From positions 288,001 through 352,000 of the forward strand of contig OZ245015.1 of the NCBI GenBank assembly GCA_965223705.1: DNA of 64,000 bases, in the 5' to 3' direction. The translations under genes were made by a program, and so were the position numbers. Numbering within the stretch: position 1 is the stretch's first letter; each line of letters opens with the position of its first letter. Of the stretch, positions 20,772 to 29,074 are shown in pieces. The DNA comes from Myxococcota bacterium. GTDB lineage: Bacteria; Myxococcota_A; UBA9160; UBA6930. The notes below the pieces were generated by a model. It worked only from the letters and a program-made list of their open reading frames with translations. It ran no database searches and had not been told where the DNA came from.

Positions 20772-21542
20772 ATGAACATCGGTTTGTTTTGTGAGGGGCG
20801 GTGGAAGCAAGCGCAGCGGAACTGGCACAAAGCGCGGGCGCGGCGTTGGGCCCACCGGGCGGTCCGGGACGGGCTTTTTCAGGGTATCGAGGCCGGTAAG
20901 ATCCGCGAGATCGCCGAAAACTATGGGAACCACCCCTATCTGAAGTACAACGATCGGCTGCACCATACGTACCTGCGGACGGCCGAACGTATCTTCGCGC
21001 TCGGGCTTCATCGCGAACGGAAGCTCTCCGTACTCGATGTAGGAACCGGGTTTGGTCTGTTTCCGTACGCCGCCCGAGAGCTCGGTCACGCGGTGCTCGG
21101 TCTCGACCGACGGGACCCCTTTTTCGATGCGGTTTCCTCCGTCGTCGGGATCGACCGGGTGGTGCACGAAATCGCTCCGTTCCGGCCCTTGCCGCTCCTG
21201 CCCGGAGCGCCGTTCGACCTGGTGACGGCATTTGCCACATGTTTTGACGCAGCCGACCGAGCCGGTCAGTGGCGAGTGGCGGAATGGGATTTCTTCTTGA
21301 GAGATCTCACCCGACAAATGGCATCGGGTAGCCGCCTCTACCTCAAGTTCAATCAGTATCGCGGCGGGGGCGCTCGCCCGGGATCGGACGCGCGCGCGCT
21401 TCCCGACGCGCTCATGCGCTACTTCGAAGGACTGGGTGGCAGGTTCCGCAAACGAGCGATGGATCTCCGATCCGCGCCCGAAGCGTTGGCTTCCCATGTG
21501 CCATCAGCGTGTTCCGAACAAACGATCTCCCATATTACCTAG
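20772..21542 (+). CDS. Class I SAM-dependent methyltransferase
   Basis: VLDVGTGFG, VLGLD, FDLVTA. Confidence 0.75.
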   Translation: MNIGLFCEGRWKQAQRNWHKARARRWAHRAVRDGLFQGIEAGKIREIAENYGNHPYLKYNDRLHHTYLRTAERIFALGLHRERKLSVLDVGTGFGLFPYAARELGHAVLGLDRRDPFFDAVSSVVGIDRVVHEIAPFRPLPLLPGAPFDLVTAFATCFDAADRAGQWRVAEWDFFLRDLTRQMASGSRLYLKFNQYRGGGARPGSDARALPDALMRYFEGLGGRFRKRAMDLRSAPEALASHVPSACSEQTISHIT

Positions 21543-21545
21543 TCC

Positions 21546-22763
21546 CTAGCGGGCGGCATGGAATCCCCGCTCGAGGATCGCCCCGGCTATGACGCGATTG
21601 CCTTCGCCTCGAACGTGGCACGGGTCGTGGTACAGCCGCTCCGGCACACCGGCGAACACGTCGCGCAGGTCGACAACGTCATTGTGCTGACGCGCAAGCC
21701 TCTCGATGTGTGGGCGAACCGCGAGCGTCAGCTCCTTCACCGGCTGCGCCAACCACGGATGATCGAGTAGGCGTTTCTCCTCGGGCGTCAACGGCTTCGG
21801 ATCGCCGAACAACTGGGGCTGCCAATAGAAGCGGCTCTCGAAACCGTATCCGTCCCCGAGCGCGCGCACCGTGCGAATTACTTGCGAGTACGTCTCGACA
21901 ACGGAGCGAGCCATGTCTTCGACAGCGATCGCCGGGGCGACAGGGGACCGCCAACGCGTGAGGAGCTTCAGGAGCTCGGTGTTTCCGATCGCGGCAGCGA
22001 CGGATGAATCCCGGGAGATCCCCCCGAAGTTCTCGGGAACACCCGTGCGTCCCGTCGCGTAGGCGGAGAAGATTTCGTTGTAGCCGTCGTAGAAAACGAC
22101 GACGTCCGGCACGTTGCCTCGTCGCAACTCGAGTGTGAGCTCGATCAGGTTCTGGGTCGAGACCCACGCGCGCTGTGCGAAGTTCGTCACCCGAACGGGC
22201 TGATCCGTATCGGAGGACAACGTTTGCAGATAAGCCGGGATGGTTTCGGCGTCGGTCGCTCCCTCGCCCCACATCGCCGAGCCGCCGAACGCAAACACAC
22301 GGACAGGAGTCGTCCGGCCGTCGGGCGACGGCGGAGGGGTCAGCCGCAACCCGTCTTCGCCGATGGTGACGGCTTCCCCTGCGTACGGTCGACCTCGCCA
22401 ACCGACGTAGAATGCCTCCGTGACCCCTGTGAGTGAGCCTTCTTCCTGGACCGCGTCGTACTCCGGCATGTCGTCGGTCCACAGCAAGCGGTTCGCGACT
22501 ACCGCACCGAACTCGAGGCCCGCGAGGAGAAGGAGTGTGTTCGCAACGAGGACGGCGGCGGCGACATAGAGGCGAACAAAGCGTTGTTTCAGCAGGCCCA
22601 CCGCCAATGTAAAGGCGCCGAGCACAGCGAGTAGAATCCGCGCCTTACTCAGCGGGTCGTGTGTCAGGCCGAGAGCGTTCGAGAAGAGAGCCACGGCCAG
22701 CATCGCGAAACCGACGACAGTCGCGAAGAAAGCCAACCGGTCCGGGAGCTTTTGTTGGGGCAT
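21546..22763 (-). CDS. Membrane-anchored SGNH/GDSL hydrolase-family protein
   Basis: Three N-terminal TM helices, FGGSAMWG, FYDGYNE, DPCH...GNRVIA. Confidence 0.8.
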   Translation of the reverse strand: MPQQKLPDRLAFFATVVGFAMLAVALFSNALGLTHDPLSKARILLAVLGAFTLAVGLLKQRFVRLYVAAAVLVANTLLLLAGLEFGAVVANRLLWTDDMPEYDAVQEEGSLTGVTEAFYVGWRGRPYAGEAVTIGEDGLRLTPPPSPDGRTTPVRVFAFGGSAMWGEGATDAETIPAYLQTLSSDTDQPVRVTNFAQRAWVSTQNLIELTLELRRGNVPDVVVFYDGYNEIFSAYATGRTGVPENFGGISRDSSVAAAIGNTELLKLLTRWRSPVAPAIAVEDMARSVVETYSQVIRTVRALGDGYGFESRFYWQPQLFGDPKPLTPEEKRLLDHPWLAQPVKELTLAVRPHIERLARQHNDVVDLRDVFAGVPERLYHDPCHVRGEGNRVIAGAILERGFHAAR

Positions 22764-22817
22764 GCCGGAAGATACGCCAAGGAAACGATTCGACGCGCTC
22801 GGCGATGGTCCGGCTCT

Positions 22818-24494
22818 CTATTTCGCAGCGGGCCCAAAAGTTTCTGTGTGAATGCGATTGGCCGGTACGCCGCGCGCTTCGAGTTGCGATTCGATTGCCG
22901 CCATGAAGCCGAGCGGTCCACAGACGTAGAACTCGGCTTCGAGATTGGGGATCAAGGTTTCGAGCAGCCCCCCGTCGACGTGACCGGCACTTTGGTAGTC
23001 CCGACCCCTGAGATCCCCGGCACGGGGTTGGCTGTAGACCGCGTGTACGTTCACGGAAGGAGCGGACCTCGCGAGGCGTTCTACCTCCTCTCGCAACGCG
23101 TGGTGGTCGCCGTCGCGGGCGCCGTGCACAAACCAGACCGGTCGATCCGAGCCCCTTCGGACGAGCGCATGCAACATGCTCACAAGGGGAGTCAGGCCGA
23201 CACCCGCGCTGACGAGCGCCACAGGTCGATCGCTCGACTCGTCGAGCGTGAAGCTGCCTTTCGGTGCCGTTGCGGAGACGAATTCGCCCACTGCGAGACG
23301 GTCGTGAAGGATTCGGGAGGCGGTACCCAAGTGGTGGCGCTTCACGGTGATGCGATAGAGGGACTCTCCCGACGCATTCGACAGGGAATACGTGCGCTGG
23401 ACACGCGACTCGTGGCCTGGAACTCGAAGCTCGATCGGAAGATGCTGGCCGGGTCGATGCGCGGGGAGCGCCCCGCCGTCTCGCGCGCTGAAGACAAACG
23501 AAGCTACGTCGGCGCTCTCAGCCTGCTTTGCGACCAAGCGGAGTTCGCGCACCGCAGCGCCGGCGGTCTCAAACCGAATTGGCAGCGAGTGCTCGAGCCA
23601 GACCACTTGATCGATCTCGAGGTGGATGAGCCGTCGCGCTCCCGGGTGCTGTCGAAGTCTGTCCGATTCCCAATCGATTCGGGTGCGGCCTGTGAGTTGA
23701 AGAAGATCGCCCCGTTCGAAGTCTACGAACAGAAGGCCCGCCCGCGGGTCCATCGTCAGGTTGCCCAACGTGTTGAAGTGGTTGTTGCCCGCGTAGTCGG
23801 GGAAAACGAGCTCGGTGGGGTTCGATACGGCAACAAAGCCCGGAGTGCCACCCCGATGCGAAGCGTCCATCCCAAAGGCCGCGTTTTCGCCTTTTGCCCG
23901 GAAGCCGGTCGCGATAAAGAACGTGTCGGCTTGTTCGATGAGCTCGCGGTGTCGGTCGGAAAGGCTCGGCGTTCGCGTTACAGCGGTCTCCTCTCCCCCC
24001 GCTGAAGCGCGCTTCCACCGCCGCTCGGTGATGTATTGCGGACAGTTGCCGAACGACTGTTCGACCGAGAGCGCAAGTCCGCCGCCTCCGCGTTCCGACA
24101 CACGCCCGTTGACCCGGTTGCGACGCCGGGTGTCGAGTTCGATCCCGAGGATCCCGACGTCACTGCCGCACGCCAACGCGCCGGCCAACGCATCGCCAGA
24201 GGAAGGTAGGGCGGCGATCTCCAGCGTGCGCGGATCGGGAGAGGAAGCGACGCCGGGTTCCCCAGAGACAAGCGTGGCCCACGGACGCCCGGCGGAATCG
24301 CGGGCGGCGAGGACAAGGAAAGGAAGCTGCGCGTAGAACGCCCGGTGTTCATCCGGTAGGAAAGGCCGCACGATTCGCTGCGCCCAAGGCTCGATCTCCT
24401 CGCGCACGCCGAGCTTCGTCTGGACGTGCTGTTCGCCCGCGTGAAAAGGTGAAGTCGCGGAATGCGCTAACCGCTCGTCGCGCCGAATCGCCAT
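22818..24494 (-). CDS. Pyridoxamine 5'-phosphate oxidase-like domains fused to an FAD/NAD-binding (FNR-type) reductase
   Basis: SPFHAGEQ, RRRNRVNG, NCPQYI, DASHRGG, PDYAGN, then RTYSLS, AGVGLTP, YVCGP, ETFG. Confidence 0.85.
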   Translation of the reverse strand: MAIRRDERLAHSATSPFHAGEQHVQTKLGVREEIEPWAQRIVRPFLPDEHRAFYAQLPFLVLAARDSAGRPWATLVSGEPGVASSPDPRTLEIAALPSSGDALAGALACGSDVGILGIELDTRRRNRVNGRVSERGGGGLALSVEQSFGNCPQYITERRWKRASAGGEETAVTRTPSLSDRHRELIEQADTFFIATGFRAKGENAAFGMDASHRGGTPGFVAVSNPTELVFPDYAGNNHFNTLGNLTMDPRAGLLFVDFERGDLLQLTGRTRIDWESDRLRQHPGARRLIHLEIDQVVWLEHSLPIRFETAGAAVRELRLVAKQAESADVASFVFSARDGGALPAHRPGQHLPIELRVPGHESRVQRTYSLSNASGESLYRITVKRHHLGTASRILHDRLAVGEFVSATAPKGSFTLDESSDRPVALVSAGVGLTPLVSMLHALVRRGSDRPVWFVHGARDGDHHALREEVERLARSAPSVNVHAVYSQPRAGDLRGRDYQSAGHVDGGLLETLIPNLEAEFYVCGPLGFMAAIESQLEARGVPANRIHTETFGPAAK

Positions 24495-24590
24495 GGTGAC
24501 GCCTCTCTCGGCTATGGTACGAAAAGGATGGGTGCCAGGTTTCGCACCCACGAACCGACCCTGCGGTATGGTCAATTTGAGACGCATCGC

Positions 24591-24663
24591 GGGCCCTTAG
24601 CTCAGTGGTTAGAGCAACCGGCTCATAACCGGACGGTCCCTGGTTCGAGTCCAGGAGGGCCCA
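24591..24663 (+). tRNA. ileX: tRNA-Ile2 (CAU anticodon, lysidine-modified type)
   Basis: Acceptor stem GGGCCCT/AGGGCCC, D arm GCTCAGTGGTTAGAGC, anticodon loop CTCATAA, T loop TTCGAGT. Resembles the ileX type; followed by CCG rather than CCA. Confidence 0.9.
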
Positions 24664-24685
24664 CCGCTAACGGACTGATCCTTCC

Positions 24686-25147
24686 TTACTCGTTGCGTGA
24701 GGCGACGCGCCAGTAGCGCATCGGAGGACCTTCGCCGGGTTGGCGGGGCGGGAACTCGTACTTTTCCGCGTAAGCGGCCCGGAGCGCGGCGATCGTCGCT
24801 TCGTCGTCGAGTGGCGCGAGGGTCGCCTCGTAGACCTTGTCGTCGATTCCGAGTCTCACGTCCGGTTCGGTCGCGACCCAACCCGGCCAGTTCTTCTCGT
24901 CGGGATCTCGCGCTGCGACGTAGAGCACACCGTCGACGGCGACACACCAAATCGTGACGGAATGCGCCAGCAGGTAGGGGGTCGCGACTTCGATTGCGAT
25001 CTCGCGGTGCGCGTCGGTGAAGCTCCAGTCGCTCGGAAAGTCGGCGGACTCACCCGAGAGCCAGAGCCCCGGGCGGCGGTCGTCCGGTGGGATGCAGCCG
25101 AGTGCAAAGGCTGCGACGGCGATGAGCAGGATGGCTGAGCGGAACAT
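24686..25147 (-). CDS. Lipoprotein with split-barrel (DUF2255/PPOX-like) domain
   Basis: FALG-C lipobox, PGLWLSG, SVTIWCV, AYAEKY. Confidence 0.65.
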   Translation of the reverse strand: MFRSAILLIAVAAFALGCIPPDDRRPGLWLSGESADFPSDWSFTDAHREIAIEVATPYLLAHSVTIWCVAVDGVLYVAARDPDEKNWPGWVATEPDVRLGIDDKVYEATLAPLDDEATIAALRAAYAEKYEFPPRQPGEGPPMRYWRVASRNE

Positions 25148-25321
25148 GCGTCCTCCGGTCCCTCTCTATTGTACGCCGTTGGTAAAGTTGTCATCGATTT
25201 TAAGATCCCCGAGCACCGAAACGAGGCTGGTCTCGAGATGGGCTGACCATACGCAATCGAGCGACGCGTTGGGTGTAAGCTTTCGACTGCAACTACGGTT
25301 GCCTAGCCCGCGGGAGGCCCG

Positions 25322-26437
25322 ATGAGCACGACCAACCGAGAACTTCCCCGCGGCGTTCCGACCGACCAATCCGCGGGTGCGCCGGAAGCTCCGATCGAGC
25401 TCGGCGTCGACGCGACCCGCGATTTCACGAGGGATGCGTTTCGAGCTGGTGGCATGTCGGAAGACGATTCCGAACTCATGGCGACCAACATGCTGTGGGC
25501 GGATCTGCGGGGGATCGACACCCACGGCGTGCAGCGCGTGTCTTGGTACCTCAAGTGGTTCGAGGACGATCTCGCGAGTCCGACGGCGAGCATGGAAGTT
25601 CTTCAGGAAGGCCCCGCGTTTCTATTGGGGGATGGGCACTCGGGACTCGGCCAGGTCGTAGCGACGCGGTTCGCCGATCGTGTCATCGAGAAAGCGAAGC
25701 GCGACGGGTTGTGTCTCGGCTTGCTGCGCAACTCGAACGATTGGGGCTGCGGCGCTTGGTATCCGTGCCGCGCCGTCGACGCGGGGCTCCTCGGGCTCGC
25801 CATGACGACTTCGGTTCCCACGCTTGCGCCGTGGGGGAGTCGGCGTCGGCTCTTCGGCAACAACCCGATCGCGTGCGCATTTCCGCGCCGCCCTCCGGAG
25901 CGCCCGATCGTCTACGACGCGGCGCTCACGCCGGTGGCTTTGGGCAAAGTGTTGCGAGCGAGCGCCGAGGGGAAGGAGATCCCTCTCGACTGGGGCTTTC
26001 GAGACCACGCGGGCGAACCGACGCGCGATCCCGGCGAGGCGATCGCTGGAATCATTCCCGCGATCGGCAACTACAAAGGCACCGGCCTGGCGCTAGTCAC
26101 GAACGTCCTGGCGGGCGTGCTCTCCGGGAGCGCACACAGCAAGGACGTCGATGTGGGCAAGCGCGGGCAATTCTTCCTCTTCATCGATCCGGGGCGTGTC
26201 GGCGAGCTCGCGCACTACGAAACGGCGATCGAAGAGCTCGTCTCGCAGATGCGCTCGGCTGGGCGCGGAGAGGACGTGCTCGCAGGGCAGGAGGTCTTGC
26301 TCCCCGGGGAGCCCGAGTGGAGAAACTACGACGCCCGCACGTCGGCGGGCCGAGTCGTCTATCCTGCATCGGTCGTTCAGAGTCTTGACCGGGTCGCTGC
26401 GCGGCTCGAGATCGAACCGGTGCGAAAGCGAGTATGA
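25322..26437 (+). CDS. Ldh_2 family (type 2 malate/L-lactate dehydrogenase-like) oxidoreductase
   Basis: ADLRGIDTHG, FGNNPIA, YKGTGLA, LPGEPE. Confidence 0.88.
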   Translation: MSTTNRELPRGVPTDQSAGAPEAPIELGVDATRDFTRDAFRAGGMSEDDSELMATNMLWADLRGIDTHGVQRVSWYLKWFEDDLASPTASMEVLQEGPAFLLGDGHSGLGQVVATRFADRVIEKAKRDGLCLGLLRNSNDWGCGAWYPCRAVDAGLLGLAMTTSVPTLAPWGSRRRLFGNNPIACAFPRRPPERPIVYDAALTPVALGKVLRASAEGKEIPLDWGFRDHAGEPTRDPGEAIAGIIPAIGNYKGTGLALVTNVLAGVLSGSAHSKDVDVGKRGQFFLFIDPGRVGELAHYETAIEELVSQMRSAGRGEDVLAGQEVLLPGEPEWRNYDARTSAGRVVYPASVVQSLDRVAARLEIEPVRKRV

Positions 26438-27579
26438 CCATGCGGTACTTCTCTTTTGATTCTCACGTCGTCGAAGCGCGGGAAGTCTTCGAAGGGCTCG
26501 AAGGCCAGTTCGGCCATCGTGCACCGCGCATCGAGCGCGATTGGAAGGGTCGACCCGGCGATTGGGTCGTGCTGCCGAGCGGGCCGCCGATCCCGGTAGG
26601 GCGCCTCGGTATCGCGGGCAACCGACTCGACGACCCGAAGACCACCGAACGCATCGCGCTCGGCTATTCGGGGCTCAACCCCGGCGTACGCGATCCGCAC
26701 AAGCGACTCGACGAGCAAGAGCAAGACGGGATCGTCGGCGAAGTGATGTACCCGAGCATCAATATGTTTACGTTCGCGATCCCCGATCGCGACGTCGCGA
26801 AGACCGTCTTTGAACGGCACAACGATTGGATTGTCGACTACTGCTCGCCGGACCGCGACCGTTTGATCGGAATCGGCTGCCTGCCGATCCCGGACGTCGA
26901 CGCGGCGCTCGCGGAAATGACCCGGGCTGCGGATCGGGGCGTGCGCGGCTTTGCGATACCGGCCCACGTCTCGCCGGACAAGCCGTATTGCCATCCCGAC
27001 TACGATCGGTTCTGGGCGGCCGCGCAAGATTTCGGTGTGCCGCTGACGATGCACATCTTTACGGGTACTTCCCTCGACGGTGGGATGCCGCCGCATTGGG
27101 GGTTACCTGCGACCACGATCAAGGGCTACACGCTGTCGATGACGTCTGCGATCAACACCCTGATCGATCTCACGTGTGGCGGCGTGTGCGAGCGCTTTCC
27201 GAAACTGAAACTCGTCTTTAGCGAATACGAGATCGGGTGGGTCGCTCACGTCCTGCAGCGCCTCGATCACGCATACTACCGCGCGCCGGAATACGCCGCG
27301 GAAGGCTTGTCGCTCAAGCCGTCGGAATACTTCCGGCGCCAGATGTACGTGACCTTCGAAGACGATGAGATCGGGATCCTCACGCGACATCACATCGGCG
27401 TCGATCGCATGCTCTGGGGCAACGACTACCCGCACCACGACGCCATCTGGCCGCACTCGATGGAGACGCTCGACCGAATCCTGACGGACGTGTCGGAAGA
27501 GGAGCGCGTCAAGCTCTGCTGGTCGAACGGACTGGAGCTCTACGGGATCGACCCGGCGAAGCTTCCGCAGCCGAGTTGA
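26434..27579 (+). CDS. Amidohydrolase (Amidohydro_2 family)
   Basis: DSHVVE, EVMYPS, HNDWI, PLTMH, ERFPKL, WGNDYPH. Confidence 0.88.
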   Translation: MTMRYFSFDSHVVEAREVFEGLEGQFGHRAPRIERDWKGRPGDWVVLPSGPPIPVGRLGIAGNRLDDPKTTERIALGYSGLNPGVRDPHKRLDEQEQDGIVGEVMYPSINMFTFAIPDRDVAKTVFERHNDWIVDYCSPDRDRLIGIGCLPIPDVDAALAEMTRAADRGVRGFAIPAHVSPDKPYCHPDYDRFWAAAQDFGVPLTMHIFTGTSLDGGMPPHWGLPATTIKGYTLSMTSAINTLIDLTCGGVCERFPKLKLVFSEYEIGWVAHVLQRLDHAYYRAPEYAAEGLSLKPSEYFRRQMYVTFEDDEIGILTRHHIGVDRMLWGNDYPHHDAIWPHSMETLDRILTDVSEEERVKLCWSNGLELYGIDPAKLPQPS

Positions 27580-28550
27580 GCGTGTACGGGCTCACGCTCG
27601 CTCTCCTTCTGGCGAGCCAATCGGCTTTTGCCGACGCCGACCGCCACCGGGTCGAGACTCTCGAAGTCACGATTCTCTCGACCATGCTGGCGGATTCCCG
27701 CGGCCTGGGAGAATGGGGATTTGCAGCCATCGTCGAGGCGGACGGGTTTCCCGTTCTCTACGACACCGGCTACCGCGAAAAAACCGTGCTCGACAACGCT
27801 GCCGAACTCGGCGTCGAGCTTTCCTCGGTCGAGCACGTCGTGCTGAGTCACAACCACGGCGATCACACGGGAGGACTTCTCACCTTGCGTCGGGAGTTAC
27901 GCGCTGAGAATCCCGCGGCGCTTTCGATCGCTCACGTCGGCGCGGGGCTGTTCGCACCGCGGCGGTTCCCGCCGCGCTTGGCGGAGATCGGTTTTCACTT
28001 CCCGGATATGAACGATGTCCGGGACCAGTACGAAGCCCAGGGCGGCGAAGTGCACGTCCACAGCCAACCGGTGGAACTCGCTCCCGGGGTGTGGCTGACG
28101 GGGCCGGTCCCGCGCGAGCATGAAGAACGAAACTGGTCGCCGGGCGTGCGCGTCGAGAAGGAAGGGAGCTTCCACCCGGACGAAGTTCTCGAAGACTCGG
28201 CTCTCGCGATCGCGACGGAAAAGGGCCTGGTCGTGATCACGGGTTGTGGGCACGCTGGCGTGATCAACATCTTGGACTACGCGCGGAAAATCACCGGCGA
28301 AGCCACCGTCCACGCGGTCATCGGCGGGCTTCACTTGTTCGCGGCGGACGACACGACACTCGATTGGACGGCTGAGAACCTCAAGCGCAACGGGGTGCAG
28401 AGTCTGACCGGTGCTCATTGCACCGGTCTCCACGCACTCTACCGATTGCGCGACCGGCTGGGGCTTCCGCGCAGTCAAGCGGTGGTCGGCGTCGTCGGAG
28501 GGCGCTTCACGTTGGCGGAAGGGATCGATCCGCTGCGCGTCGCGCGCTGA
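27576..28550 (+). CDS. MBL-fold metallo-hydrolase (COG1237-like) with signal peptide
   Basis: EWGF, YDTG, LSHNHGDHTGG, TGCGHAG, GGLHL, AHCTG. Confidence 0.85.
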   Translation: MSVYGLTLALLLASQSAFADADRHRVETLEVTILSTMLADSRGLGEWGFAAIVEADGFPVLYDTGYREKTVLDNAAELGVELSSVEHVVLSHNHGDHTGGLLTLRRELRAENPAALSIAHVGAGLFAPRRFPPRLAEIGFHFPDMNDVRDQYEAQGGEVHVHSQPVELAPGVWLTGPVPREHEERNWSPGVRVEKEGSFHPDEVLEDSALAIATEKGLVVITGCGHAGVINILDYARKITGEATVHAVIGGLHLFAADDTTLDWTAENLKRNGVQSLTGAHCTGLHALYRLRDRLGLPRSQAVVGVVGGRFTLAEGIDPLRVAR

Positions 28551-28561
28551 CCCGCGGAGCG

Positions 28562-29035
28562 CTAGGCGCGCACTCTCTCACCGAGGATCGCCTGAAACAC
28601 CTTGAGGGTCTTGCGCTGCGGATAGTCGTCGAGAATCTGGCGAGCGAAGCGCGCGAGGCCCGGACGCTGGCGAAGCATCACGACGGCATCCTGGCACATC
28701 AGGTCGAATGTGTGTCGGTTCAGCAGGCCGAGGTCGAACGCGTTCTCGGCGCCCTGCCAGGTGTTCATCAGCGACGCCGCGTAGGCTGCCGCCTGCTCCT
28801 CCTCGGCGCGATTGAGGTTCGTCGTGGTTCGGAGCTTCGCGAGAAGCTCCGCGTGCTCGGGGTTCGCGAGGACGATCTCGTGATTGCGGTTGAAGTTCAC
28901 GACGGTCATCAACATCAAGTTCGCCGCCGCTTGCTTGGTGCTTTGGCGCACCTGCACCGCCAAGTAGAGGAGCGTCGCGACTACGGCGACGCCACCCACC
29001 AGCTCGCCGAGTGCGCCCAATTCCATGAGATTCAT
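28562..29035 (-). CDS. Hypothetical protein with N-terminal TM helix
   Basis: MNLMELGALGELVGGVAVVATLLYLAVQVRQS start preceded by a GGAGG RBS. Confidence 0.75.
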   Translation of the reverse strand: MNLMELGALGELVGGVAVVATLLYLAVQVRQSTKQAAANLMLMTVVNFNRNHEIVLANPEHAELLAKLRTTTNLNRAEEEQAAAYAASLMNTWQGAENAFDLGLLNRHTFDLMCQDAVVMLRQRPGLARFARQILDDYPQRKTLKVFQAILGERVRA

Positions 29036-29074
29036 GCTGTCCTCCGTCGATTCGTAGCCTGATCCTCGCACGCT

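Noticed and set aside
24591..24700. tRNA as an integration site; alternative call as tRNA-Met
   Set aside because: No duplicated tRNA 3' end or integrase was seen in the window. The sequence resembles the Ile2 type and lacks initiator features.
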